The notes beneath the pieces were generated by a model. The model ran no database searches. It saw only the letters and a program-made list of their open reading frames with translations, and was not told the origin of the DNA. The translations under genes and the position numbers were made by a program. Below, piece by piece: positions 15,801 to 28,875 of a stretch of DNA of 64,000 nucleotides; position 1 is the stretch's first letter, and every line of letters starts with the position of its first letter. Source of the DNA: Owenia fusiformis (taxonomy: Eukaryota); the NCBI GenBank assembly GCA_903813345.2, contig CAIIXF020000001.1, positions 8,680,001-8,744,000 on the forward strand. The letters run 5' to 3'.

Positions 15801-18800
15801 ACTATGTCCTTTGTGTTGTAGGAATGATGACGTTACTCTTTCCTTTGTATTGTATCAGTCGGAATATTGTCCCTCTTCTCGAAAATGGTGTCAGTAACTT
15901 TGTCTATTGTTTTGTAGAAATGGTGAGAGAATTGCTCTGAAGATCATCAAAAATGTGGAAAAATACAGGGAAGCAGCTAAGTTGGAGATTAATGTTGTTG
16001 AAAAACTTATGGAAAGAGATCCAGATGGAGACAAGTAAGTTGAAGTTTTTTTACATATAGTTTCTTTGATGATCTTATGAATACTTTACTGCAGTATGTT
16101 GATTTTGCTTTGAAATGATTTACATTATCAGTTTAAAGGGCCAGTATATGTGATTTTTATCCTTGATTACCCCAAAATAATATTATTCATTGTGATATGT
16201 TGATATAAACCTTTATATCACATTAGAGCCATGCTCCCCACTTGGCCATTCCAGCTACTTATGTTGAGGGTTTGGTTGAATGAGGTTCTGAGAGCACTTA
16301 TGTTCAATTTGTTTCTGTAATACTCTAATTGATGTTATTATTTTATTTTTCAGTTTATGTGTGAGGATGTTGGACTGGTTTGATTACCATGGCCACATGT
16401 GCTTATCCTTTGACATGCTTGGTCTCAGTGTCTTTGATTTCCTTGTAAGTATAAATGCTTTGAATTATGCTCTGTATTTTGTTGGCATTTGGGGTTTGTA
16501 TACTATTCCACTTATCGATCATGTAGAGGAGTCCTAAGATACATTAAATCAGAATAAAGACTAATTGGAGTGCATCTTATCGTGGCATAGCCCCTAATTA
16601 AAGAAATTGGTATTTGACCTTTGATGATTTGCCCATAGAGGTTGTCAGCAACATTCAGGATGTGTTTGCGTATTACTTCATAGAATTACACTTTGGTCTT
16701 AAAAGGCTTCTATTGTAAGTTGAAAGCATCACTAATGTGTTACCATTCTAAATATGGCAGTAAAACCTGGATGTTGATGTTGTAAGCAAATGTAAGTTTA
16801 TTCACTAAAAATCTACAAGCAGTTTTGTGTGTATTAATGTGAGCATCTTTGGTATAAGCTTAAGTGGATTTTACTTGGGTTCAGTAATATAAAAGAGCAC
16901 AAAAATATAAAAGAGCCACAAAAATACCAGCTGATTCATCAAAGTTTTCTTGGAATTTTACTATGTGGAGTTTGTTGGCTATGATAACATGAAGTACATC
17001 TTGTATTAAATTAACTGATATCAATCTTTATGCACATTATGGAAATTGTCAGATTTGAGTTAGCCTACTGCTAGTAATTGTTTTATCCTTTCAGATGCTT
17101 CATAGTGAATTCATCTTATAATCAATTTCATTAACTGTTGCACCACTCAACCACCCTTGTCAATTTTAAACCTACTTTTTTTAAGTGGAAATTCTTTTGA
17201 ATAAAAACTTTGTCAAAATCATTTTCACATTTTTTTTGTTAATGAAACAACCTTTATATAACTTAACTTTTTAAACACAATATGTTATTTGTATAATTTT
17301 GTGTGAAACATTTGAGATGGTGCCTTAAAGGCCTCAATTTGTTTGAGAAGGTGAATCTAGAGATATGCCCTCACATGTCAACAGATAACAGAACTTTTCC
17401 TAGGTTATTTTGGTAGTAAGCCCAGACCACTATGCTTCTCCCTTACAAAAAATATAATTGCAATGGAATTAAAAAGTTGATGCAGGATTGAATGTTAGAA
17501 TTCCCAATTATTATATGGAATTGATGGAATCACTTCAAGGTATATTCAACGGAACTAACTCATCATCATCTCATATTATTTTATGTATTTGAGTTAAGGT
17601 CAAACTTTCTTTCAAGTACACCATATAAAATAACACTTAGGTTGAAAAATGATGTGCTACTGATTGTTTATAGAAGATAGCTTGTCAGGTATCGCAATTT
17701 ATCAACTTACATAATCTATGGGGTTTAGCCTAGAACTAAGCCATTGAGTAATGCGTAACTGGCCTTCGTTAGCATTTACCCTGATGCTTTTTTCATACGG
17801 AACTACGTAGGTTTTGTTTGTTTGTTATGCTATAATCACCTTAAAATGTAAATTATGATGTTTGTTTTTTTCAGAAAGATAACAATTATCTCCCATACAC
17901 AATGGAACAGGTCCGGCATATAAGCTACCAGGTCCTTATTGCAGTAAAATGTAAGCAAATGACTGTTAATACATATATGAACATTGTGTTTCATAAATGT
18001 GTATTATTTTTATTTATTATTTATATTCCACTATATTATTTCACAATTTTTTGCAAGCAGTTATGTTAATTTCTCATACAATATTGAACTTAACTATGAT
18101 CAATTATCCATGGTGTCCTGGATCTGAATTTGTTTTTTATTTTGTTTCCTCCAACATTTTTGTGGATGGTGTTCGGTGTTTAGTGTCTGTAACAAATGGC
18201 AGATGTTGACATTTTGCATGTTAGTGCCTTGTTAAATAATTGTAATTATATATTTCAGTTTTACATGAGATGAAGTTAACACATACAGACCTGAAGCCCG
18301 AAAATATTCTCTTCCTCAATTCAGATTTCCATGTTAAATATAACACTAAAAGGGTGAGTTGTCTGTAAAAGGTAAAATCATATAGTTTGGAATTTTTGTA
18401 AGGGAAAGGGGAGGATTAGAAATGAGTTAATTTAATAATTCTAGCTTTAAAGGGAATGCGAAGTTTCATGTTCTAATTTACACGCTGGCTACTTATAACC
18501 ATCATCTATCACTTCAGCTCACTCATGGGACATATCGTGTTTGAACTAACATATAATTCAAGTTCAAAGTACCCATATCTGGATCGCTGCGGATGCCGCC
18601 ATTGTTATGTATCAATGACGTCATTGATGCCTTAAAATTGATGCCTGGGAAATGTCGCTATATAATCACGTCATACTCGGATCGCAGAAATAGAACACAT
18701 TTCACTGATATTTTATAACTATTTCTGTCCGCTTAACATCGTTGCTGCATGTTCATGTCCATATCATCATATATTTGGAAAAGTTGTTTCAATATATTCT

Positions 18801-21800
18801 TCATAGAAATTGAATTGTTGCAATGTATTTTTTGAAATGTTTGTATTTATTTTCTCCAATGTGATATAGTATAGGCTAGGTAGAAAAAGCACTAAACTTA
18901 TCGGCTGCGCGATTCGGAAGTCATCGCAATATTCCACTTGAAAAATATCCACTAGAATTATTTTATATAATGATAACACAGGGTCAAAAAGGATAAATCT
19001 GTTCAAATCCTGTAAATGCTTTCTTGTATATTTAACCAATAAATGAGATAAATGCATTAAAATATACAGAATGGCATTTACACATAAATGCATTACTGTG
19101 CATCAATGGTGATTTATTTAACTAAGATTAACGTGGCTAATGTGTTGGCGTATTTGTGGTGAAAATAAGTAAGTTATATCATCGGCTGAACGCATCCAAC
19201 AAATAGTTGCATTTACCATATTTATGTAAATACACGACATACAATTTCAAATATCAAAATCTATGCTAATGTTCATTAATGCGCTGATGAGCAGTTACGG
19301 CACATCATTATTAACCTTAAGGTATACGTCGGCAAATAGGCATACTGCCGCAATTGCTTTCTTACCTAATCATAAATGGTAGATTTCTTCAATCTGTAGT
19401 ATTCTATTCAAATATGTATAGGTGCATGAATAGGTGCATATTGGAGAATGAGAGAAATAAAACAAAAAGTAGTAATCCAATGAAACAGTAACTCCCTAAA
19501 GTGTTTAGCCATTTAAATTCTGATGAAAAACGCAAACAAAAAAACGAAAAATCGATGTCATCTAAATGATACGTATGTAAATGTCAATCTCCTAAATATT
19601 AAGATTGGCATGCGCAATAGTTTTACAAGGACATGCCACTGTCATATTTTCAAAGAATAATACGTAATATCTAATTTTTCTCAGTTGTTAAACGACCAAT
19701 TCCAATCATCATATCACAGTAGCGACATTCGATATGACAAAAAGCTTTTCAAAATTCAATGGATGCGGGGAGACGATGGGGTCGATTGTAGTATGATATT
19801 TCATTTCAACGACGATAAGGGCAATTGCCGTATTGATAACTTTTTGTTAAAAACAATTCCTGATTTCGAGCTCGAATTTAATTATATAACAAACGTGGTA
19901 AGTACAGTTCTACAGTATTTTCGAAATAATGATTTTCAATTTAATGGCATACAACCCTTTGTTTTTCTATATCGGAAAATAAGTGGAACTTCAAAATCTT
20001 CAGTCACATTTGTTCAATGCGACCACACGTCGATCGAATTTCCCTGAAATCAGTAAATTTCTGCGGCAAACATAAGAAAACTACAGTCGACTTAAGGTCA
20101 CCTTGCTGTCTACGTACACGACATATCCAGTACAAAACGTAGAGTCGGAACTTTTCTTTCCTGTGGTCTCCATAGATATCAACAAGCAGCAGCCAAACCG
20201 TAGGTCTCACGAGGACCGTTCGTCGGGTTCACGGTCGACTTGCGGCTGCGCTAGTTGGATTTCATAGGTTACAATTGACCTTTCCGAACCATAGAACCCC
20301 TTCTGGATGCCTTCAAGAAAAGCTACGCACGTCGTAGGGCCGCCCTACGCTGATCGTGCGTCATCATTTATCAGGCGTACGGGAATCGTAGTTTTTCCTC
20401 ATAATCAAAATACGCCGTACGGCTATCTTAGCAAATGTGACTGCTAAATTATCTGACTGCAGAAATACTTAGGCAACCGTAGAAATCCTACTTACCACAG
20501 AAATGATAGACCGTACGGTGACGTGAGGCTAAGAATCCATGATGTAATTGAATACGGTTTTAAAATTTAATTTTAAAATTTTAATTTCTTTGAATACCTG
20601 TGTTAAAGATAAAACATAAATGCAATGAATATTAAAGTACGAACACGTATTTTTGTAATGAGACTAGCGCATTCTTGGAAATTCAAGATGGGTTGGTTGA
20701 ATTAATTTTATTATGTTTTATTCAAATAGTTTGCATTCGCCTGATAGAATTAGCATTCTCTGTTCGCATTTAGCGCTAGACCTAATAAAAGTTAAAAAGT
20801 CACGAATCCCAGATTGTTTCAAGTGTAAATAAAGAATAAATCTAACCTGCATTCCATGTCTAGATAGGTAAAAAGCAATTCCGAAAATGCCGGTGTTAAT
20901 ATTCTATTGAAATCGTTCTTTATTATGGGTTGTATATACGTAATCTTTTAGTTCATTTGAAATGATTTCTTTGGTTTTGGAATGGCAACAACTCGGCATT
21001 CGTTTTTTGATTCAAAAATGGCGCCACAAAACTTTTGGAATGCCAAGGCATCAATCTGGCATCAATGACGTCATAACAATGTCGTAAAGAACCACTTTAC
21101 GGTTGAAATGGCAGCTCCGTGGTCCAGTTCATATGCAAAACCCGGGGCTCAATAACAATTAAAAGGATAATGATAGAACAATAAAACTAAGTTGGATTGA
21201 TAGATATATCTTTATTCTAACTTATTATCAAGTTTAAGGGACAAAACTTCGCATTCCCTTTAATATAATTCAAATTGAGAAACACTTTGATGTGAGAGAT
21301 GTATCAAACTATGAACGATAGTCTAACATTGTGTTTTGCTTATTAACATGTTTCTTTTATATAATTATCTGTATTTGTTGTATTTTAGAAGCGAGATGAA
21401 AAAGCAGTAAAAAATACAGATATCCGTCTGATAGATTTTGGCTCTGCTACATTTGACCATGAACACCACAGTACTATTGTCTCCACTCGGCATTACAGGG
21501 CACCAGAAGTTATTCTAGGTAAGATCTGATGCTCCATATTGTATCTTCATACTGAAAATAAAGATATTATAATCTTATATGAACCAATATTGGAGTATGT
21601 CTGACGCCTCACTGGGAGTTGTGAATCGAAAAATTCGTATTATTGTTTAAAGGTCAAAATTTTAGTCACGCTACAAATCTGAAATGATATCATTATATCG
21701 TTAACTTATTTGACATTGCAACAAATGATTCTGACAAAGAAAAGTGAAATCCTGGTTAATCTATAGTCGTGATGAAAGGACTCCACATGATTGTACTGAG

Positions 21801-24800
21801 CAATGGGATGTGTTATCATGCTTAGTTGTTGATTTACTCATTATCCCTTTACATCACTGTTACATATTACCAGATGCTAAATCCTTACTACAAGTTAAAA
21901 TAACGATGGGAAATTGTCTTGTTTGTAGACATAAAAAATTCAATATCTTGTATTATTTCAAGATTGAATTGGAATCTTCCCTTTTCAAGTTAGTCATTGC
22001 TCATTTGAAAATTGAGATAAAACAGGACTAACTAACTTTCTGTAAGGAGGGCTAATTTAGGATGTTATCTATATTAGATAACTCAGCAGTTTTGCTGCAA
22101 TAAGAAAGTCAAGAAAAAGGCTTTGTAGGGGAAGTCTAAAATATTTGGGTAGGATTTTGTGAGGAAAATGTTCAGCTATATTTAAAGGTTAGACATGTTT
22201 ATGTCAATTTGACACTAATATCTTACATAGAGATGAGGTCAATATAGAGATCCATATTTAGTTTCACATCATTAACAAGCAAGATATCCAGCAAGATTCC
22301 CAGTGAGAAAAAGTATCATTTGAGATATTGAAAAAATTTGAAAATATCATAAAGATTAAAATAAAAAATATAGTTTAATAACAATTTCACTTTAATAACA
22401 GTTTCAATATAGTCACTGTCTTCTGTCAGGATATGGGCAGTACAGTATTAACTTTGCAACAAAAAGAAATATAATTCATGTTATATGTAAGCTTTATGAA
22501 AAGGTACATTTTCAGAATGTCCTTATCATCCCATCGAACGAAGTTCGAAGGGATATAGGGAACGCCTCCGTCCGTCCGTCCGTCCATACGTCCGTCCATA
22601 CGTCCGTACGTACGTACGTCCGTCCGTCCGTCTGGGCAATAACTCAAATACCGTTGGCCCGATTTTGTTCATATTTTGTACACATATACCCTATGGGGAT
22701 AGAAGTTCTGCTCGAAAGCCGATTTTCAAAATGGCCGCTCATTTAAAAATGGCTGCCATTTTAGTGCCGATTTTACAGTAATTTAGGTGCCATATGTAAA
22801 ACTGTAATAGCAATATGTTTTAAATGTAAAAAAATTATATAGGACATTGATGAAGCTAGAAATGTAGATATCAAAGAAGCACATGGCAGCCATCTTGAAA
22901 AATGGCGGCCTTTACTCGTTATTTTACTATTTTTGCTGTAACTCGAGAAGTAGTGGAGCGATTTTGTTCATATTTGGTATGTGAATACTATAAGCATGGC
23001 CCACTGTCAAATGACATTTTTGGTATGAGGCGGCCATTTTGAAAATGGCCGCCATTTTGAAAAATGGTCGCGATTTTAGCATATTTTACTATAACTCAAA
23101 AAGTAGTGGAGCGATTTTGTTCATATTTGGTATGTGAATAATATAAGCATGGCACACTGTCTAATGACACTTTTGGTAGAAGGTGGCCATTTTGAAAATG
23201 GCCGCCATTTTAAAGTTTGCTATATATTTCGTTTGTAAAAATCCCAGCCATTTCTGTTCGATGGGATTCGCTACGCTTTGGCGTTGCTGTTGTTCTGGTT
23301 ATGACATTGCCTAAATTCATTGTTGTAACCATGGTAGTAATCAGGTCAATCTTAGATGGCAATCAGGACATTGCAATAAGAGAACAATAGCTCTGGAATT
23401 ATTACCTTAGCAAACTTGTCTGGTTATGTACCTCTAATTATATCAAGGGCAGATTGCCTTAGTTTGTCTGAACGCTTGGTGTCTATTTTTACTTAACTTT
23501 CAATAACACAGTTGAACACATTCATCTTTCAAGTACAACTAAAATACAAGATAAGATTATCAAAAGTGCAGTTTTTTATCTTCAGGCAGTTCACCATGTT
23601 TTTCTGGACTACCCAATGTTAAAAATGTATAAGCTAGTAAGATGGGCTTGAATGTTAGCGAATAAGTGAATCTGATGGTTTCGATTGAAAGAAATAGATA
23701 AATGGTCAATGTAGTTACAAAGCAATTGTAAGTCTGTAGTAATAACACATCTATGAATGATTTTCGTGCCTAATTGAAATTGTGCATGTTCTAGCCTATT
23801 CTACGATACAACCAAATCCTATCTTTCTTTTCTTTTTTGCAGAGCTTGGTTGGACACAACCATGTGATGTATGGAGTATAGGCTGCATCATGTTTGAGCT
23901 TTACACAGGCTACACACTATTCCAAGTAAGTGAAATATAGCTTAAAACAGGTTTTACACTATTCAATATAACTGAAATGTCACAGTGTTTTCATTAGTTT
24001 AACATTAAAGATGTCATCAGAATTTCTTAAGTTGATACAAAAGCTGTGTGCACTTCAATGTTCTATGTACTCTTTGGCAGAGTGAGTGATCTTATCTGAT
24101 ATATTACTGATAAATCAAGCAGTAATCGGTCTTAAACAGTGTGCGGTGGTCTAACCAATTACCTCAGGGTACGTTTTATGGAACTTTACATTTAATTATG
24201 AGGTATTGCTCAACTCTCTTTTCAGACACATGACAATAAAGAACACCTAGCGATGATGGAGCGAATACTGGGCTCTATACCTTACAGAATGGCTAAGAAA
24301 TCAAAGTATGTATAACTTCCTTATCACTGGAGGTTTTTCCCATAATTCATCAGACATATAAGTATTTATGGGATTGACTCTCCTTGTTTATTAACACAGG
24401 GGTAGCACTAGTTTATAATAAATGATATTTTGAAATCTCCATTGACTGGTCATAACATCTAATTCTTCTTTAATATTTGATAAACAGTGTTTAAACGACC
24501 TGGAGTGATCCTGAAATATATTAAAATTGCATGGTATAATATTGATGAAGCATGAGAATTCATGGAAGATATCTTTAACATATTACGAGGTAACTGAATG
24601 CCTGTTGCTTTATACGATCAAATTCAATGAACGAATGTGTTGATATCATTCACTTGTTTATGAATTCTCAGGCTTGATATGTTGAACTAGTTTAATTGCT
24701 GAACCAGTAGTCAGTCACTAGAACTAAATGTGAGGGTGGTCGAAGTGAATGAAACTACCTTCCTGATTGGTTAATTTCTCATGGTGCACACTGACAGTTT

Positions 24801-27800
24801 GTTTTATGCAATGTGTCATGAAATGTCAAATAAATGCTGTATTATGTGCATTGTTCTGTAAAATTAATCATTTGAATATATAAATGCATTTATATGTTGA
24901 AAGATATTTTGAATTATATCATAAATGGGCATGCTGTATAATGTTTTTGAAAGACTTAGAATTTAGTCAAAAATGTCTCTGAAGCAGTTTAGATATCAAA
25001 TTGATTCTCTAAAAAATGCATGCCATCTGTTATTATAAGATTTTCCTTTGATGATTTTGTAACCTTTATTTTCATTGAACTGGTGTATTGTCCAATATTT
25101 TGCATAAATAATATGAAAATATGACTCTGGAATAAGAAATCAAAAAATGATTTTATTTTGAATTTAGGTTTGTTTCCCACTCTTTGACTTTCCCTCTAAA
25201 TTATTTGAAATGAGTGGTATTGAACATTAATCTGTATTTTGATCAGAAATGTTTCATTCAGCTGCCTTCCCACTTAATTTGCATGAAGTTGTACACTTCC
25301 ATTTGCTTCAAATATATTTGCCTAGGATTTTTTGTATTAAATTGATATCTGTATCTTTCGTTATTAGTCAGATAATGGAAAAAGCGGGAGAGGGGTGAGT
25401 GCTTGCATGGAAAACAATACTGCTTTTAACATATTCTACACCATGAGGAGGTTGGCTGTCCATCAATACCATTGGTTTATTCTGGAATTGAATACAATTC
25501 TGACCCATGGGATTTCGTAATAAATGGTCATCCTCCTCAAATGCAGTGTATATTATCATGTATTAAACAGGCTGTAGCCAATATTCTTGAACAGTTCCTA
25601 TGTTTAAGTTCTAAAAGCCCTTGCAGCTTTTACCTGTGCCTTGTCAAATGCTTAAAAACCCATGCTTGTAAATTGTACTGCTATACAAATCATCTCTCAA
25701 AATTGAATACAGATGAGAAATTCTCCCAAGTTATTCCAGTCCCAGCATCTTGCGCATTGTTCAGTTCAGAGACAATACACCTTTTCAATACTCATTTATT
25801 TTGACAGCTCAGTTGTCATATTTTACTTTTGACAGCCATTATGAATGAAACATATTTTAGTCGTTAAATTAGATGTCAACAATATTTTGTATTCAAACAC
25901 AAAATATGAAAATCTTCAAATTACAAAAATTGGCATTTTAAACAAAATAAATAATATGAGTCATCTCATTTGGCTGTCTACATTATCATGTGTATATAAA
26001 TGTTATTATTATTATTGTATATATAATGTATGTAATGTGAAAATCAGTATTTTGGCTACACATGCATGTTGCTACATATGCTGTGTGTTGTCTCTTTGAG
26101 CAGTTTTACCATGCTTGAAATAGCCTGCCATCTTCCCTGTATCTCTTTCTTGTTCATACCTTTCCTTGTTCATTCCTCTTTTATGCCCTCTTTGTTTTTA
26201 AGTCATCTTTCAGTCACACATATTTTAGTACCCCCCTCCCCCCTTCTTTATGTTGTCCTGAGAATTTATATACTCCAACATACAGCAACATATTTTGGTT
26301 TATTTTGTTAACTTCATTTTTTTTTTGGTTATATATCTGTAACATTGATATAAGAATTATTTATAGAGTAAGTTTTACACCTAATTCTTGATTTCTTAAA
26401 GTTGGCTGTCCTGAAACCATTATATTAATTATTATGATTTAGCATCTTTTCTAAAAGTCCAAACCCAATACCAATCAGTTTATATCCACCGATTTAACAA
26501 ATTAATTATTTCATCCAAAACATAACACATGTTACGTAGAATCTCATGAACTTTAACAAAGATTCCATAGCTCTGTGTTTACATCACAGTTATTTGGGCA
26601 CACACCTTTTAGTTGTGATTTACTATAAAATTGTGATGCCAAGTTAAGATGCACCGCCAATATGCTATTGGTAGAGTCTGATTTTAGACCAGTAGAATCA
26701 GTAGATTCCCGCAACATTCAAAAGGAAAATTAAAGTTTGCTAAAAATTAACTCATAACGCTAAATCTTCAGCACAAATTGGAAATCATGGCATGCTTTAT
26801 ATTGTAAAGCTTATGTATACTGGTATATAACTATGTTTAACCAACTTTTTATGTATTGCATTAATTGATATTTTTTGTTGATTTAATTCAAAGTCCTATC
26901 TCTTGATTTGCATTAATTAAAGCTCTATCTCTGGCAATGCTTTAACTTCTTGCAAATGTATCAGTTCTTTGTAAATAGATGTACATGTATGTATGTAGTT
27001 AAATGTGAATACTGAAAACAGGAATATGGTGTTTTGAAAATCATATTTATCTATACATCTCTTTCAATTTCTTTTAAACTGGTTACACATTGAAAAATCC
27101 AACTCCTTTTATTTATACCTAGCCTACTTTACAGTTCTGTTAGTACCAAGCTACATTTGTAAGAAATTAGTTTGCCTTAAAGTTTTGTCCATGAAACGTT
27201 TTTTTTTATTTTTTATTTTTTTTTAAAATTCGATTACTACATGTATACAATTAACTTGTATAAACTCAATTATATATGTTTATACTGTTAAGACCATGTG
27301 TACATGTGTAGTTTCGTCAAGTTACTAGTATTTCAATGTAGGCCATTCTCCAATTTCCATTGAACACTATGTGATATTTTCTGTATGAATCCCATCTTTC
27401 AGTAGGATTCTCTTCCCAATGTTCAAGATGAACCCTGCTCTGTCAGTATTATTTATACTTGATAAGACATGCTCAGTTTATCTGGGGCATTTGGGAAATT
27501 ACCTCCTTTGACCCCATAGTCTTAACCTGACCCATCTTTCTCTCTTTCTGTGTCAAGGCTGAACTATTTCTGGCATGGTCGGCTCGAGTGGGATCATCAC
27601 AGTTCTGCTGGGCGTTATGTCCGTGAAAACTGCAAGCCTTTGTATGTAAGTAGTCTACATACATGTATAGAACATGTGGGGTATCCTAGTTGTGTGTGTT
27701 ACACCTCTGTTTAGAAAATCCCAGTACATGTACATGCGAATCCATTCAATTCCCTTTTATTTCTACAAATTGTATGTACGGTACATTGTATTTTTTTCCA

Positions 27801-28875
27801 TTTATACACATGAACTGGATCTTTAGGGAATCATAATAGAAGAGTAAACACACACTTCTATACAAACTCACATCTAATTTACTGCCCTCCCTTCTCCATC
27901 TCCAACACACACAGGGTAAGTAGTACATGATGTGTAGCCACAAATACAGAATCTGATGTGACATTAAATCATACATATTTTATTCTAAAGAAAAAGCAAG
28001 TATTTCTACCATGGACGATTGGACTGGGATGAACATAGCTCAGCTGGTAGATATGTCAAAGATAATTGCAAGAAGATAAAGGTGAGTTAGATATGTACAC
28101 AGCTTTTGGTAAGTTTTATCACTATGAATAGGCCTAATTGATTTAAGATTGAATACATGCTCAATTTTCCCTCTGCCATTGGATATGTGGTTTATAGAAT
28201 TGTTCATTTGAATCAGACATTGCACACCTTGACTAGGAGAAAGATGTCACTACTTAAACATATAATACAAGTTCATGTAAAGTACATGCATGTAGTGGTT
28301 AGAGTAAGTATGTGGAGTATGGAAGAAAAGAATCCAAGTTTTGGGATTCCAAATGAAACATTGCAATAACACAATGTGCAATTCTCTTATAATTGGATAT
28401 TTATGAACAATGACAATGTGAAATTCTCCTAATAATATTGGATATTAATGAACAAATTCTCTTATGATTTTGAATATTTATGAACACTGTAATTCTTTAC
28501 TATTTTATATTCATGAACAATGTGTATTTTTCTTCCATTGGATATTTGGAACAATGTTGCTTTTTTTCTTCTTCTATTAGATATTGATGATCATTGTGTC
28601 TCTCTCATCCTTTGAATATCCATGAATATTGTGTATTGATCTTCTATTGAATATCCATGAACAATGTCTGTTTGCAGCGATACTTGATGAAAGATGATGA
28701 TGACCACAGGCACCTCTTGGACATCATTGAGAAAATGCTGGAGTACGATCCAGCAGAACGCATTACATGCTACGAGGCAATACAACACCCATTTTTTGAT
28801 AAAATCGACAATCGGCTACCCGGGGACCCAAAATTCTCTGAAAAGCGTGAGCGATCCCACAGTTTGAGTAGGTAG
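868..28875 (+). CDS. CLK2: CDC-like (LAMMER) dual-specificity kinase, CLK2/Doa family; 13 coding exons, about 495 aa
   Basis: GT-AG exons with matching phases: 868-1019, 1518-1740, 9881-9968, 12115-12181, 15918-16034, 16354-16444, 17875-17950, 18259-18353, 21389-21518, 23843-23925, 24226-24305, 27558-27645, 28678-28875 (1488 nt). RS-rich N-terminus, then [31 protein letters not shown] and the family signature [11 protein letters not shown]. The symbol denotes family; paralog assignment is uncertain. A 5'UTR exon is presumably upstream. Confidence 0.96.
3780..4144. mobile_element. MITE with 8-9 bp TSD (hAT- or Mutator-like)
   Basis: About 40-bp imperfect TIR starting AGAGGGGGAGAAACACCAGAGTT; TTATATGCC on both sides. 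Confidence 0.8.
6220..6510 (+). CDS. Candidate alternative N-terminal exon of the CLK gene (97 codons, acidic)
   Basis: ATG-initiated, protein-like ORF inside intron 2 ends in CAG|gtatag at phase 0, matching the phase-0 acceptor at 9881. Confidence 0.55.
15008..15459. mobile_element. TTAA-target MITE (Kolobok-like)
   Basis: TTAA|GGATGCAGTACC...GGTACTGCATCC|TTAA. Confidence 0.82.
18451..21259. mobile_element. 2.8-kb non-autonomous TTAA-target DNA transposon (Kolobok-like) in a CLK intron
   Basis: TTAA|AGGGAATGCGAAGTTT...AAACTTCGCATTCCCT|TTAA; CAATGACGTCAT near both ends; no transposase ORF seen. Confidence 0.85.
22523..23292 (+). mobile_element. Helentron/HINE-like non-autonomous element
   Basis: Subterminal inverted repeat ATCCCATCGAAC/GTTCGATGGGAT, (GTCC)n microsatellite, internal core repeats with AAAATGGCCGCCATTTT, short 3' hairpin. 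Confidence 0.8.
25368..25394 (+). CDS. Candidate 27-nt frame-preserving CLK microexon
   Basis: tctttcgttattag|TCAGATAATGGAAAAAGCGGGAGAGGG|gtgagt; phase 2 on both sides with no stop; TGCATG just downstream. Confidence 0.45.

Noticed and set aside
18767-20210. ORFs in the 2.8-kb element as a transposase
   Set aside because: Short, with no DDE or THAP motif recognisable.
28380-28665. Degenerate GATATTTATGAACAA repeats before the last CLK exon
   Set aside because: Old low-complexity intronic tandem repeat with no evidence of function.
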